A stretch of 64,000 bases of DNA from an uncultured delta proteobacterium (GTDB lineage: Bacteria > Myxococcota > Kuafuiibacteriia > Kuafuiibacteriales > Kuafuiibacteriaceae): NCBI GenBank assembly GCA_963803435.1, contig CAWDML010000003.1:864001-928000 (forward strand), in the 5' to 3' direction. Under the pieces are notes generated by a model that saw only the letters and a list, made by a program, of their open reading frames with translations, did no database searches and had not been told where the DNA came from. Of the stretch, positions 8,035 through 18,613 are shown piece by piece. The translations under genes and the position numbers were made by a program. Numbering within the stretch: the stretch's first letter is position 1; each line of letters starts with the position of its first letter.

Positions 8035-9192
8035 TCAGCGGCAGGTGTGGGTTCGGTTCCGGCAGCGGTTCGAGCAGCAGTCCGCGTTCGAGCTGCACGT
8101 GCCGCCTTGCGGGTGGCACGTCGGTGCGGCGATGCAGCCGAGGCCGGGATCGCAGATCTGGTTCGGCGAGCATACGAGCGGGCTGCCGGTCCGGCAGGTT
8201 CCGGCCTGGCAGGTCTCTGCGCCGTTGCAGGCGTTGCCGTCGCTGCAGTCCGCGTTCGAGCTGCAGCCCGGGACGGCGCGATACGTCGCGACCGACGCGT
8301 TGGCGCGCGTCGACTGCCCCGAGGTGAACTCGTACATGCAGGCGTCGTCGGTGTAGTCCATGAAGTTGTTGATCGGATCGCTGCCCGGAGAAGAGCAGGT
8401 ATTGCGTCCGGCGGGGCAGCCGAACGCGGCCGACTTCTCCGCGGGCGTGTCGGCGACCGAGTCGCCGCTGCCGCCGCAGCCACCCTGGAACGTGTGGTAG
8501 AGCCCGACCCAGTGGCCGGTCTCGTGGGTGAGCGTGTCGCCCTCGTCATACGGGGCCGCGCCGCCGCCGGGGACCGAGGAGTAGAGGATCACGACGCCGT
8601 CGTCCTTCGGATCGCCGGCGTACCACCACGGAAACGTCGACCACCCGAGCAGGCCGCCGCCCGGGTTGCAGGTGTAGACGTTGAGGTCGGCGGCGCCGCC
8701 CATCCTGAGCGTATTCTTCATCGAGGACTCGACGGAGGTCGAGTCGCAATGGTTGAACCAGTTGCTGTTGTCGGTGAAGTCGACGCTGGCGAGCGTGAAC
8801 TGAAAGCCGGTGATCGTCCCGCCGGTTTGACCGCCGTAGGACGCGTTCAGCACGTCGATGGAGGATTGGATGGCGCCCATCGAGAGGCGGCCCGTGTTGC
8901 CGCTCGAGATCACGTGCCAGTGCACGGAGAACGTCATCGGGGCGCTCGCGGCGAACAGCTGGATCCGGGGGCGAAGGACCGCGTCGATCTCGGCGATCTC
9001 GGCCGGGCTGGGGTTTGGCGTCCCACAGTGGGCGCCGGGTACCGCCGGCAGCCGGATCTCCGGGCGCGCCGGATCCACCGAGACCGGCCGCTCCTCGGGC
9101 ACGTTCGGATCGGTCCGGCGATCGCTGCCGCATCCAGGAGCGAGAAAGGCCGCGGCGAGCAGACACGAGGCGGTCGAAGTGAGTCGCTTCAA
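8035..9192 (-). CDS. M43 (pappalysin/ulilysin-type) zinc metalloprotease lipoprotein with Cys-rich C-terminus
   Basis: [13 protein letters not shown] zinc motif, NFMDY Met-turn, propeptide 'HCGT' cysteine switch, lipobox LAPGC; TTG start 9192 behind a GGGGGA RBS. Confidence 0.9.
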   Translation of the reverse strand: MKRLTSTASCLLAAAFLAPGCGSDRRTDPNVPEERPVSVDPARPEIRLPAVPGAHCGTPNPSPAEIAEIDAVLRPRIQLFAASAPMTFSVHWHVISSGNTGRLSMGAIQSSIDVLNASYGGQTGGTITGFQFTLASVDFTDNSNWFNHCDSTSVESSMKNTLRMGGAADLNVYTCNPGGGLLGWSTFPWWYAGDPKDDGVVILYSSVPGGGAAPYDEGDTLTHETGHWVGLYHTFQGGCGGSGDSVADTPAEKSAAFGCPAGRNTCSSPGSDPINNFMDYTDDACMYEFTSGQSTRANASVATYRAVPGCSSNADCSDGNACNGAETCQAGTCRTGSPLVCSPNQICDPGLGCIAAPTCHPQGGTCSSNADCCSNRCRNRTHTCR

Positions 9193-9415
9193 GTGGTCAT
9201 CCCCCTGCGCATCGAAGTGCCACGAACCGATCCCGGCCACCATCAGCTCCCTGACGGAAGTCACCTTCGGTCGGGCCATGACCTGGATCTGATGGAGGTA
9301 CGCATCAGTGCGCGCATGCTTCGTCGAGGTCGGCCGCACGCTGAGCTTCAGCGCCGCCGCCAAGACGATGGGGATGACGAGCGAGGGGTCTTTCGCGTGG
9401 TCACCGCAGGCGACT

Positions 9416-11284
9416 TCACGTCGCCGCTTCCAACCTTGGAAGAACAAACGTGAGCGTCGTTCCCTCACCGAGGGTGCTCTCGACCTCGATCTCGCCGCTG
9501 TGCTTGCTCGCGGTCGCGTGGGCTGCGCACAGGCCCATGCGCATCTTGGTCCGCGCGCCGCCCTCGGACCAGGCCATGTCGAACAGGTGCGCCGCCTTCT
9601 CCGGGCTCATGCCGCGACCGCTGTCGCGCACGCGCACCAGCACGTGGCCGTCCGTCGCGGTGGTCTCCACCGAGACGACGCCGGCCCCGTCGATCGCTTG
9701 AACCGCGTTCTCCAGCACGGTCATGAACGCTTGATTCAGCTGTCGGGGCCAACCTTCGATCAGCGGGACGTCCTCGAAGCGGCGCTCGACCTCGATCGTT
9801 TCCGGGATCGCCGGTTCGAGGAGCGCGAGCGTGCTCTCCAGGCCCTCTCGGACGTCGAACGCACGGCGCTCGGCGTGATCCAGCTGGGCGAAGCGCGCCA
9901 GGCCGTGCGCCACCGCCGAGAGCCGCTCCAGCGCTTGCTCCGTGGATTGCGCGCAAGACTCGAGCACCGCCGCCAGCTTGGCGACCTGGGCGCTGTCATC
10001 CTCCACCAGCCCCAGCAAGCGCTCGGTCGCGGTGGCGGAGAGCTGAGCGTTGCTCCTCAGGACGCCCAGCGGGGTGTTGAGCTCGTGTGCGGCGCCCGCG
10101 GCGAGCGTGTTCAGGAGCCCCATCTTCTCGGCCTCGAGGAGCTTCGACTGCATCGCGTGGAGCTCGACGTATCTCAGCTTGTGGATCTCGGCGTCCTTCT
10201 TGGCGGCCTCCATGGCGGCGCGCGCTTCGACCTGGGCGAGCTTGCTGTGCGCCTCCCGCTGGGAGATCTGCTCGCGAAGCGCCTGGACGCGGCGCAGATG
10301 GACGATCGCCGAGGCGAGCTCATCCTGCTGCTCCGAGAGCTCGGCGAGCGCCTCGTGCGCGGCGGTCTCGGTCACGATCGAGACCGAGTCGCCCTCGACG
10401 CGGCGAAGCGCATCGTTCAACTCGTGGGTGGCCTCGGCGAGCGCGCCCTGGTCGATCAGCAGACGGCCCAGCGCGACCTGCACGCCGGCGCCCATCACGT
10501 TCCTGATCGTCTCCGTAGAGAGGGAGTCGAGCGCGGCGCGATAGAGCCGCTCGGCCTCGGCAGGACGGCCGCGGTCGTTCTCGATCTCCGCCATCACGGT
10601 CAAGGCGGTCGCGTACGACCACTCGTTCTCGGTCGTCTCGGACACCTCGCGGCACAGCTCGGCGTACTTCAGCGCGTCCTCGCTCCGGCCCGCCAGCTTG
10701 AGGACCTTGCAGAGCCGCGTGCAGATCGCGGTCACGCCCGCGAGGTCGTGGGCAGCCTCGAAGATAGCGAGCGCCTCCTCGAGACGCTCGACGCCGGCGT
10801 CGATCTCGCCGGAGCCCGCCAGGATCCCGCCGACGCTGCTCAGCGCGTAGCCCTGCCGGATCGGATCACCGATCTCGCGCGCAATGCTCAGCGCGTCCAG
10901 CGCCAGCTCGAGCGCGACGGTCAGCTCTCCGATGTGCTCGTAGATCGAGGCCAGGAAGTCGCGGGACGCCGCACGCCCCGAAGGGTCGCTGGCCTCGTCG
11001 AACAGCCGCTTGGCCTCCTCCGCCAGACTGAACAGCGCGGTCATGCCGTCGCTGTCGATCGTCATCGCCATGGTTCGGGCGGCTCGGGCCTGACCCAGCG
11101 TGTAGCCGTGCTCGATCGCCAGCGCCCGACCTTCGCCGGCGAGCGCATGCGCGCGCGGCACCTCGTCGATGCGTAGCGCCCACGCCAGCTCGTTGAGGGC
11201 GTCGACGCGCATCACCGGATCGATCGGCGGAGCGCTCGCCGCCTCCAGGCGCGTCTCCAGCTCGAGGATGAGAGTGTCCGCCAT
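9416..11284 (-). CDS. TPR-containing cytoplasmic sensor histidine kinase
   Basis: N-terminal TPR helices, H-box AHELNTP, N-box [13 protein letters not shown]1 DSGRG, G3 GEGT. Confidence 0.9.
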   Translation of the reverse strand: MADTLILELETRLEAASAPPIDPVMRVDALNELAWALRIDEVPRAHALAGEGRALAIEHGYTLGQARAARTMAMTIDSDGMTALFSLAEEAKRLFDEASDPSGRAASRDFLASIYEHIGELTVALELALDALSIAREIGDPIRQGYALSSVGGILAGSGEIDAGVERLEEALAIFEAAHDLAGVTAICTRLCKVLKLAGRSEDALKYAELCREVSETTENEWSYATALTVMAEIENDRGRPAEAERLYRAALDSLSTETIRNVMGAGVQVALGRLLIDQGALAEATHELNDALRRVEGDSVSIVTETAAHEALAELSEQQDELASAIVHLRRVQALREQISQREAHSKLAQVEARAAMEAAKKDAEIHKLRYVELHAMQSKLLEAEKMGLLNTLAAGAAHELNTPLGVLRSNAQLSATATERLLGLVEDDSAQVAKLAAVLESCAQSTEQALERLSAVAHGLARFAQLDHAERRAFDVREGLESTLALLEPAIPETIEVERRFEDVPLIEGWPRQLNQAFMTVLENAVQAIDGAGVVSVETTATDGHVLVRVRDSGRGMSPEKAAHLFDMAWSEGGARTKMRMGLCAAHATASKHSGEIEVESTLGEGTTLTFVLPRLEAAT

Positions 11285-11341
11285 AGCACTTCGAGTAACG
11301 CCGACGCGGATGGCGCGCCACCGTGATCCGCCGTGCCGAGG

Positions 11342-14300
11342 TTAGGGGAAGAGCCGGGACAGGCGCCGCGTGACCGCGGCGAAGCCGTCCTCGATGAGGG
11401 TGATCGTGGTGGGCAGGAGCACCGTCGTGAGGAACGTGGACACCACCAGGCCGCCGATGAGCACCAGCGCGATCGAGTAGTAGTAGATGCCGCCCAGCGC
11501 CGGCTTCTGGATCACCATGGGCAGCAGCCCGAGCAGCGTGGTGCCGGCGGTCATCAGCACCGGCCGCAGGCGTTCGCGGCCGCCGCGCAGCATGGCCTCC
11601 TCCCGCGGCATCCCCTCGCGCCGGTACATGTTGATGTGCTCGACCATCACGATGCCGTTGTTCACCACGATCCCGATCAGAAGCAGCAGGCCGATGGCCG
11701 CGGGTTGGTCGAAGTCGGTCCCATACAGGTAGAGCGTCCAGAAGGCGCCGGAGAGGGCGAACGGGAGCGCGATCATCAGCGCGAGCGCCTGCAGCACCGA
11801 CTCGAACAGGCCGGCCATGAGCGCGAAGATCAGGAGGAGGGCCAGGAGCAGGTTGACGAAGAACTCCTCCGACTTCTCCTTGCGCTCGGTCTGCCACCGC
11901 CCGAACGTCCACGAGTAGCCGTAGGGCAGCTTCATCGTGGCCATCGCGTCCTTCACCTTCTGGATGTACTCCTCCTTGGTACCGTCCTCGTAGCGCCCGC
12001 CCACCCAGACGCTGGTGAGGCGGCTGTCGCGCTGGATCTGCTTGGGGCCCTTGGCCTCCTCGAGCTGCGCGACCGCCGCCAGGGGTACCGACTCGCCGTT
12101 GCCGCCGAGCAGGCGGAGGTTCTCGAGCTGCGAGACCGACTCGGTCTTCTGCTCGCCGAGCGCGAGCCACATCTCCCGTTCGCCGGAGTCGGTCCGGTAG
12201 CGCGGCAGGCGTCGGCCGCGGAAGGTCAGCCCCACCACCTCCGCGGGCTGGGTCGGGACGATGTCGTAGCGTGAGAGCAGTGCCCGATCGAGCCGGACGT
12301 AGAGCTCGGTGCCCCCCTCCTCGTTCGAGGAGAACGACTCGACGAAGCCCGGGATCGCGTCGAGCCGTTCGCGCGCCTCCTGGGCCAGCTCGGACAGGAC
12401 CTCGGAGTCGTCCCCCACCAGCTGGAACGCGACCCGCTTGCCGCGATCCGGCCGCCAGAAGTCCCGCTCGGCGGTCACCTCGAGCTTCACGCCGGCCACC
12501 TCGGGGATCCGCTCGCGCAGCCGCTCGCGTACCAGGTTGAGGTTGTCCTCGTTCGCCTCGCCCTCCTTCAGGTACACCCGCGTGATCGCGAGGTCCGGCG
12601 CCCAGTAGCTATAGATGGACCTCGCCATGAGCTCGTCCCGGTGCGGCTCGATGGCGGCCTCCACGATGTTCACCACCTCCTCTTTCTTCTCCAGGCTGAG
12701 CGGCTCGCTGAAGGTGTAGTGCACCTGCGCGAACATGTCGGTCTGCTCGGCGTCGAAGTTCATGTCGACGTGCATGAACGGGAAGGCCGCGGAGGCGAAG
12801 ACGGCGATGCCGACGACCGGGGTGAGCCACCAGTGCCTCAGGTTCAGCTCGAGGATCCGCTGATAGCGACGCTCGAGGAAGTGCATGAGCGCGCCTCGCG
12901 GCGGCGGATCACCGCGGATGAATCGCGAGGTGGCGAGCGGGATCAAGGTCTGGCTGACGAAGAGCGAGGCGAGCAGCGTGATCGCGATGGTGATCGCGAG
13001 CTCCTGCAGGACCAGGTTGAGCTGGCTTGGCTTGCTGAAGATCAGCGGCAAGAACACGATCACCGAGGTCATCGTCGCGGCGATCACCGCTGTCGAGACC
13101 TCGCGCGCACCGAGGAGCGAGGCCGTCCGTCGCTCCTCGCCCAGCTCGGCGTGACGGAAGATGTTCTCCATGACCACCACGGCGTTGTCGACCAGCATGC
13201 CCACGCCCACGATCAATCCGAGGAGCGTGAGCGTGTTGAGCGTCTTGCCCATCAGCCAGACCGCGCCGCACGTCACCAGCAGCGAGAAGGGCACGCAGAG
13301 CACCGCGACCAGGGTGCTGGTCCAGCGCCGCAGGAAGCCGAACAGGATCGCCGAGGCGAGGAGGGCGCCGATGATCCCGGTCCAGGTCAGGTCGCCGAGC
13401 GTGTTCTCGATCTCGCGGCTCTGACTGAACCAGACCAGAAAGGAGACGCCCGAGAGCTCCGGGTCGTCCTTCATCTCCGCGATGCGGGCCTCCAGCGCCT
13501 TGCCGACCTCGACGCTGTTGGCCTTCGCCTCCTGGCTGACGGTGATGCCGATGGCGAAGTCGCCGTCGAGGTGGCGGCCGTACTCGAGCGGCGGCTCCTC
13601 GTAGGTGATGTCGGCGATGTCGGACAGCCGAAGCCCGTCCGCGCGGATCGGGAGCTCCTCGATCTCCTCCAGCGAGCTGAACGTGCTGACGGTCCGGACC
13701 GCAAGGCGGTGCTCGGCGTTGGTGATCTTGCCGACCGACTGATCGAAGTTGGCGCGCTGGAGGAGGCGTTCGACGGTGCGAACGTCGACCCCGTGGTGGA
13801 TCAGATCGGGGACCCGCAGGTTCACGCGCACCTGCTTGGGCTGCACGCCGTCCAGTCGGACCTGCGCCACTCCGGGGATGCGCAGGAGCGGCCGGACGAT
13901 GCGTCGATCCAGGAGGTCGTAGCTGTCGGAGAGGTTCTTCGGCGAGGAGAGGCGGCCCTCGAGGATGGGCTTCTCCGCCTGGCGCGAGTCCCAGCTGTTG
14001 GTGACCGAGATGTCTCCGATGTCCTCGGGCAGATCGACCTTCACCCGGTCGAGCCGCTCCCAGACGTCGACCTTGGCGATCCGCATGTCGATCGACCAGC
14101 TGAAGTTGAGGCCGATCATCGCGCCTTCCCGATCCGCGAACGCGAACATGTGCTCGATCCCGCGGACCGTCGCCAGCGCCTCCTCGACCGGGCGGATGAT
14201 GATGCGCTCGACCTGCTCCGGCGACGCGCTGGGATAGGGCACCCGCACGAACACCATCGGCTCCTCGATGTCCGGCATGAACGCCAGGGGCAGCCGCTCC

Positions 14301-14389
14301 AGCGCCACCGCGCCCAGGACGGTCATGCTCACCAGCATCATGAGCGTGGTGATGGGCCGCTTGACGGCCAGATCGGCGAGCGACCTCAC
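11342..14389 (-). CDS. RND efflux permease subunit 2 (AcrB/SwrC-like)
   Basis: 1015 aa; GMLVDNAVVVMENI, GIVVNNGIV, RLRPVLMT. Confidence 0.95.
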   Translation of the reverse strand: MRSLADLAVKRPITTLMMLVSMTVLGAVALERLPLAFMPDIEEPMVFVRVPYPSASPEQVERIIIRPVEEALATVRGIEHMFAFADREGAMIGLNFSWSIDMRIAKVDVWERLDRVKVDLPEDIGDISVTNSWDSRQAEKPILEGRLSSPKNLSDSYDLLDRRIVRPLLRIPGVAQVRLDGVQPKQVRVNLRVPDLIHHGVDVRTVERLLQRANFDQSVGKITNAEHRLAVRTVSTFSSLEEIEELPIRADGLRLSDIADITYEEPPLEYGRHLDGDFAIGITVSQEAKANSVEVGKALEARIAEMKDDPELSGVSFLVWFSQSREIENTLGDLTWTGIIGALLASAILFGFLRRWTSTLVAVLCVPFSLLVTCGAVWLMGKTLNTLTLLGLIVGVGMLVDNAVVVMENIFRHAELGEERRTASLLGAREVSTAVIAATMTSVIVFLPLIFSKPSQLNLVLQELAITIAITLLASLFVSQTLIPLATSRFIRGDPPPRGALMHFLERRYQRILELNLRHWWLTPVVGIAVFASAAFPFMHVDMNFDAEQTDMFAQVHYTFSEPLSLEKKEEVVNIVEAAIEPHRDELMARSIYSYWAPDLAITRVYLKEGEANEDNLNLVRERLRERIPEVAGVKLEVTAERDFWRPDRGKRVAFQLVGDDSEVLSELAQEARERLDAIPGFVESFSSNEEGGTELYVRLDRALLSRYDIVPTQPAEVVGLTFRGRRLPRYRTDSGEREMWLALGEQKTESVSQLENLRLLGGNGESVPLAAVAQLEEAKGPKQIQRDSRLTSVWVGGRYEDGTKEEYIQKVKDAMATMKLPYGYSWTFGRWQTERKEKSEEFFVNLLLALLLIFALMAGLFESVLQALALMIALPFALSGAFWTLYLYGTDFDQPAAIGLLLLIGIVVNNGIVMVEHINMYRREGMPREEAMLRGGRERLRPVLMTAGTTLLGLLPMVIQKPALGGIYYYSIALVLIGGLVVSTFLTTVLLPTTITLIEDGFAAVTRRLSRLFP

Positions 14390-17300
14390 GGCGAAGGCTC
14401 CAGCTCGTCCGGCGCGACGCGCGAGGGCACCAGCATGTACGCCGCCGGGATCACCACCAGCGTGAGCAACGTGCTCGTGATCAGGCCGGCGGTGACGGTG
14501 ATGGCCAGCGGCGCACGCAGCTCGCCGCCTTCGCCCCAGCCGATCGCGGTGGGGACGAGCGCTAGGACGGTCGTCGAGGTGGTCATGAGGATCGGGCGCA
14601 GGCGGACGTGGCCGGCACGGATCACCGCCTCGAGCTTGTCCATCCCATCGCGGCGGTATCGGTTGATCCCATCGATGAGGACGATGGCGTTGTTCACCAC
14701 GATGCCCACCAGCAGGATCACGCCGATCAGCACGATCACGGTCACCGTGGTGTGCGTGGCCAGCAGGACGGCCACCACGCCGATCAAGGCGAGGGGGATC
14801 GTGGACAGCACGATCAGCGGGTGGACCAGCGACTCGAAGATCGAGGCCATCACCAAGTAGACGAGAAAGATGGCGAGCCCGACCGCGAACTTCAGGCTGG
14901 CGAAGGAGACCTGCATCTCGCGGTTCTGTCCCCCGATCTCGGCGGTGAGGCCGCGGCCCCCGATGACGTCGTCGAGCACGCCCTGCACGGCGTCCACGGC
15001 GTCCCCGAGGCTCCGGCCGTCGAGGTTCGCGGTGATCAGCGCGGCGCGCTGCTGCTGGAGGCGATGGATCTCCGCGGGGCCGCGGGCGGTCCTGACGTCC
15101 GCCACGGAGAGGAGGCGGATCGGGCTGCCGTCCGGCCCGGGGAGGATCAGGCGGCGGACGTCCTCGATGGAGCGGCGCATGCTCTCCTGGTTCAAGATCC
15201 GGATGTCGATCTGGCGGTCGGTCTCCTTGAAGCGCGTCGGCACCACGCCCTGGACCCGGTCGCGCAGGGTGTTCGAGAGCGCCGCCACGTCGAGCCCGAG
15301 CGCGGCCACGCGACGCCGATCGAAGGCGACCTGCAGCTCCGGATTGCCGGCCTCGAGCGAGGAGCGGACGTCGACGAAGCCGGGGAGGCGGGACAGGCGC
15401 TCCGCCAGCACCAGCGAGCGGCGCCGGAGCTCGCCCAGATCCTCGCCGAACACCGCCACCTCGATCGGTGTCTGGAGGCTGAAGTAGGTGGGATAGCCGA
15501 GGCGGATCCGGGCGTCGGGGATCGCGCGATACTCGTCGCGGAGGCGGCTCGAGATCTGCTCCTCGACGTCGGGCTCGGTGCGGTCGGCCAGCACGAGGTC
15601 GAGCTGGGCCAGATTCTCCGCCTTGGTGTTCACCGACACTCCGCCGGAGGCCTGGCGGCTGCCGACGGTCACGAAGTAGCGCGCGATGCCCTTCTCCTTC
15701 GCTGCCAGACTCTCCATGCGCTTCGCGATCCGATCGGTCGCGGCCAGCGAGGTGCCCTCGGGCATCTGGAGCTCGTAGAAGAGCTCACCGGAGCGGAGGC
15801 GGGGGATGAGCTCGGTCTCGAGCGAGCGGACACCGGCGAGCGCGATCGCGAAGAGGCCGGCGGCCACGAAGATCGTGAGCCAGGCGCGGCGCACGGCGCC
15901 CCGGAGGAGCCGATCGTACGCGCGCGAGGCCCATCCGAGCGAAGCGCGCGCGGAGTCGGGTGCGAGGGCTTCGACCGAGCGGGCCCCGCGGGCTCCGCGG
16001 CCGCTCAACATCGGGATCACGGTGACCGCCACCAGGAGCGACGCGAGCAGGCTGATCGTCACCGTGATCGCCTGATCCTTGAACAGCTGGCCGGCGACGC
16101 CCTCCACGAAGACGATGGGGAGAAAGACCGCGATGGTGGTGAGCGTGGAGGCGACCACCGCCGGTCCGACCTCGGTCGCGCCCTCGAGCGCCGCCTGAAC
16201 CGGCCCGGCCCCTTCGTGGCGCCGGCGGTGGATCGCCTCCAGGACCACGATGGCGTTGTCGACCAGCATCCCGACGCCGAGCGTCAGCCCGCCCAGCGAC
16301 ATGATGTTGAGGCTGACGTCGAGCCGATACATCGCCATGAACGTGGCCACGATCGAGAGCGGGATGGCGGTGGCGATGATGACCGTGCTCTTGAGGTCCC
16401 GGAGGAAGAGGAGGAGCACCAGGATGGCGAGGAGACCGCCGATCAACGTCGAGTCGCGTACCTCGCGGATCGCGCTCTCGATATAGCGAGACTGATCGAA
16501 GAGAACGGTGAGCTCGTAGCCCTCGGGCAGCTTCTTCTGCCAGCCCTGGATCCGCTCCGCGAGCGCCCGGGCGGTGAGCACGGTGTTCGCGTCGCCCTCC
16601 TTGAACACCGCGATCTCGACCACCTCCTTGCCGCCGAAGCGCGTGATCTCTTCGCGCTCCCGGGCGCCGAGCTCGACCTTCGCCACGTCGGAGAGCCTCA
16701 CGATGCGGCCGCCGGAGCCCTCGAGCACGATCAGGTTCGCGATCTCGTCCACCGAGTCGAGCTCGTTGACGGTCCGGATCAGGAGCTCCCAATCCTCGCC
16801 GCGCAGCGCGCCGCCCGGAACGTTGATGTTGGCGGCGCCGACGGCGTCGCGGACCGTGGCCAGCGAGATGCCGAGCGCAGCCAGGCGCTCCTGATCGATC
16901 TCGATGCGGATCTCCTCTTCGAGCCCGCCCCGGAGCTGCGCGGCGGCGACACCGAGGACCGTCTCGAGGTCGGGCTTCAGGCGGCGCTCGGCCAGGCGGC
17001 GGACCGCCCTCAGATCGTCGGGGCCGTAGAGCGCCAGCCGCATGATCGGATCGAGGGAGGGATCGTAGCGGAGGACCAGGGGCGGCTCGGTCCCGACCGG
17101 GAAGACGATGCGATCGAGCTTCTCGCGTACGTCCATCGCGACGCTGCTCATGTCGGAGCCCCACGACAGCTCCATGCTCACCTCGGAGACCCCGGGGCGG
17201 GACACCGAGTGGAGTCGCTCGAGCCCGCCGATCACGCCGACCGCCTCCTCGACCGGCCGGGTGACCATGGTCTCGACCTCCTGCGGGGCGGCGTCCGCGA

Positions 17301-17454
17301 ACTCGGTGCGGACGGTGAGCGTCGGATAGGAGATGTCGGGGAAGAGCTCGACCGACAGGCGCTGATAGCCGACGATCCCGAACGCGACCACCGCCAGCGC
17401 GAACATGGTGACGGTCACGGGACGCCGGACCGCGAGCTCGATCAGACCGCGCAT
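14386..17454 (-). CDS. RND efflux permease subunit 1 (AcrB/SwrC-like)
   Basis: 1022 aa; GMLVDNAIVVLEAI, GIVVNNAIV, RLRPILMT; 4-nt overlap with the next gene. Confidence 0.95.
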   Translation of the reverse strand: MRGLIELAVRRPVTVTMFALAVVAFGIVGYQRLSVELFPDISYPTLTVRTEFADAAPQEVETMVTRPVEEAVGVIGGLERLHSVSRPGVSEVSMELSWGSDMSSVAMDVREKLDRIVFPVGTEPPLVLRYDPSLDPIMRLALYGPDDLRAVRRLAERRLKPDLETVLGVAAAQLRGGLEEEIRIEIDQERLAALGISLATVRDAVGAANINVPGGALRGEDWELLIRTVNELDSVDEIANLIVLEGSGGRIVRLSDVAKVELGAREREEITRFGGKEVVEIAVFKEGDANTVLTARALAERIQGWQKKLPEGYELTVLFDQSRYIESAIREVRDSTLIGGLLAILVLLLFLRDLKSTVIIATAIPLSIVATFMAMYRLDVSLNIMSLGGLTLGVGMLVDNAIVVLEAIHRRRHEGAGPVQAALEGATEVGPAVVASTLTTIAVFLPIVFVEGVAGQLFKDQAITVTISLLASLLVAVTVIPMLSGRGARGARSVEALAPDSARASLGWASRAYDRLLRGAVRRAWLTIFVAAGLFAIALAGVRSLETELIPRLRSGELFYELQMPEGTSLAATDRIAKRMESLAAKEKGIARYFVTVGSRQASGGVSVNTKAENLAQLDLVLADRTEPDVEEQISSRLRDEYRAIPDARIRLGYPTYFSLQTPIEVAVFGEDLGELRRRSLVLAERLSRLPGFVDVRSSLEAGNPELQVAFDRRRVAALGLDVAALSNTLRDRVQGVVPTRFKETDRQIDIRILNQESMRRSIEDVRRLILPGPDGSPIRLLSVADVRTARGPAEIHRLQQQRAALITANLDGRSLGDAVDAVQGVLDDVIGGRGLTAEIGGQNREMQVSFASLKFAVGLAIFLVYLVMASIFESLVHPLIVLSTIPLALIGVVAVLLATHTTVTVIVLIGVILLVGIVVNNAIVLIDGINRYRRDGMDKLEAVIRAGHVRLRPILMTTSTTVLALVPTAIGWGEGGELRAPLAITVTAGLITSTLLTLVVIPAAYMLVPSRVAPDELEPSP

Positions 17455-17461
17455 GGCGTTG

Positions 17462-18499
17462 TCAGCTCTCCAGGATCTTGATGGGAGCGCCGTCTTCGAG
17501 GGAGTGCTGGCCCTTGGTCACGACCTGCTCGCCCGCCTCGACGCCCTCGAGGACCTGGAGTCGATCGCCCTCCTCGAAGCCGATCCGCACCACGCGGCGG
17601 TGCGCCTTGCCGTCGCTCGCCACGAAGACGACGCGGTCCTTCTGCTCCTCGATGACGGCGATGCGCGGCACCAGGAGGGCGTCCTCTCGCCGCTCCGTCA
17701 CGATGCGCACCTCCGCGAAGTCGCCGGCGCGGATCCCCTCCGGATACTGCGAGATCTCGATGCTGACCTTCACCGTTCCGGTCGCCGGATCGATGATCGG
17801 GCTGACCAGGAAGATCTTGCCGGTGAGCTTCGCGTGATTGCTGTCCACGACCAGCTCGACCGGCTGGCCCTGGTTCAGCCGCTTCAGCTCCTTGGACGGC
17901 ACGTGGACGCGCGCGATCAGCGGCTCGAGGTCCGCGATCTCGAACAGCGGCGTGCCGTTGGTGACGGTCCGGCCCACGTCCACCAGACGCCCGACCAGAC
18001 GGCCGCTGAAGGGGGCGCGGACCACCGTCCGGGTGAGCTCGAGCCGCGCCAGCTCCTCCTCGGCCTGGGCCGAGGCGTAGTCTTGCTTGGCGGTGACCAG
18101 CTCCTCGACCGTCGCCAGGTCCTTGGCGACCAGGCCCTGCAGCCGCTCGTGCACGTCGGCGAGGCGCGCGGTGTGGGCGGCCGCCTGCGCGACCCGGAGG
18201 CGGTACTCGTCGTTCTCGATCTTCAGGAGGACCTCGCCCTCCTTCACCCGGGCACCTTCCTCGCGCGCGATCGACTGGACCACTCCGGTCACCCTCGCCA
18301 GCACGGTCGCCGTCTTCTCCGGCTCGAGGGTCGCCGTCGCCACGTAGAAGCTGGCGATGGAACCTCGCTCCGCCGCGACCACCGCCACCGGCGCGGGGGG
18401 GCCGGCGGGCTTCCTGTCCTTGGGCGGCTCGTTGGTGGAAGCACCGACCTGCTCGCAGCCGAGCAGCGTCACGAGCGCGAGGAGCCCGGATCGGTGCAT
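17462..18499 (-). CDS. RND periplasmic adaptor (membrane fusion protein), lipoprotein
   Basis: Lipobox LLGC; 'VLARVTGVV...EGARVKEGEVL', 'VRAPFSG', 'IDPATGT'; start 18499 or 18514. Confidence 0.92.
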   Translation of the reverse strand: MHRSGLLALVTLLGCEQVGASTNEPPKDRKPAGPPAPVAVVAAERGSIASFYVATATLEPEKTATVLARVTGVVQSIAREEGARVKEGEVLLKIENDEYRLRVAQAAAHTARLADVHERLQGLVAKDLATVEELVTAKQDYASAQAEEELARLELTRTVVRAPFSGRLVGRLVDVGRTVTNGTPLFEIADLEPLIARVHVPSKELKRLNQGQPVELVVDSNHAKLTGKIFLVSPIIDPATGTVKVSIEISQYPEGIRAGDFAEVRIVTERREDALLVPRIAVIEEQKDRVVFVASDGKAHRRVVRIGFEEGDRLQVLEGVEAGEQVVTKGQHSLEDGAPIKILES

Positions 18500-18613
18500 T
18501 CTCAGCGGAACCATTCGACGGCCGCCATGATGCCCGATGGAATCAGGTCTGCCCATGCAGGAATGAGCCTGCAGTTTGCCTTCTGATCCGCCGTGGCCGA
18601 GCCTTCCGCCGCG

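Noticed and set aside
9207-9224. Sigma54 promoter before the M43 protease (TGGCACTTCGATGC)
   Set aside because: GG-to-GC spacing is 9, not the required 10
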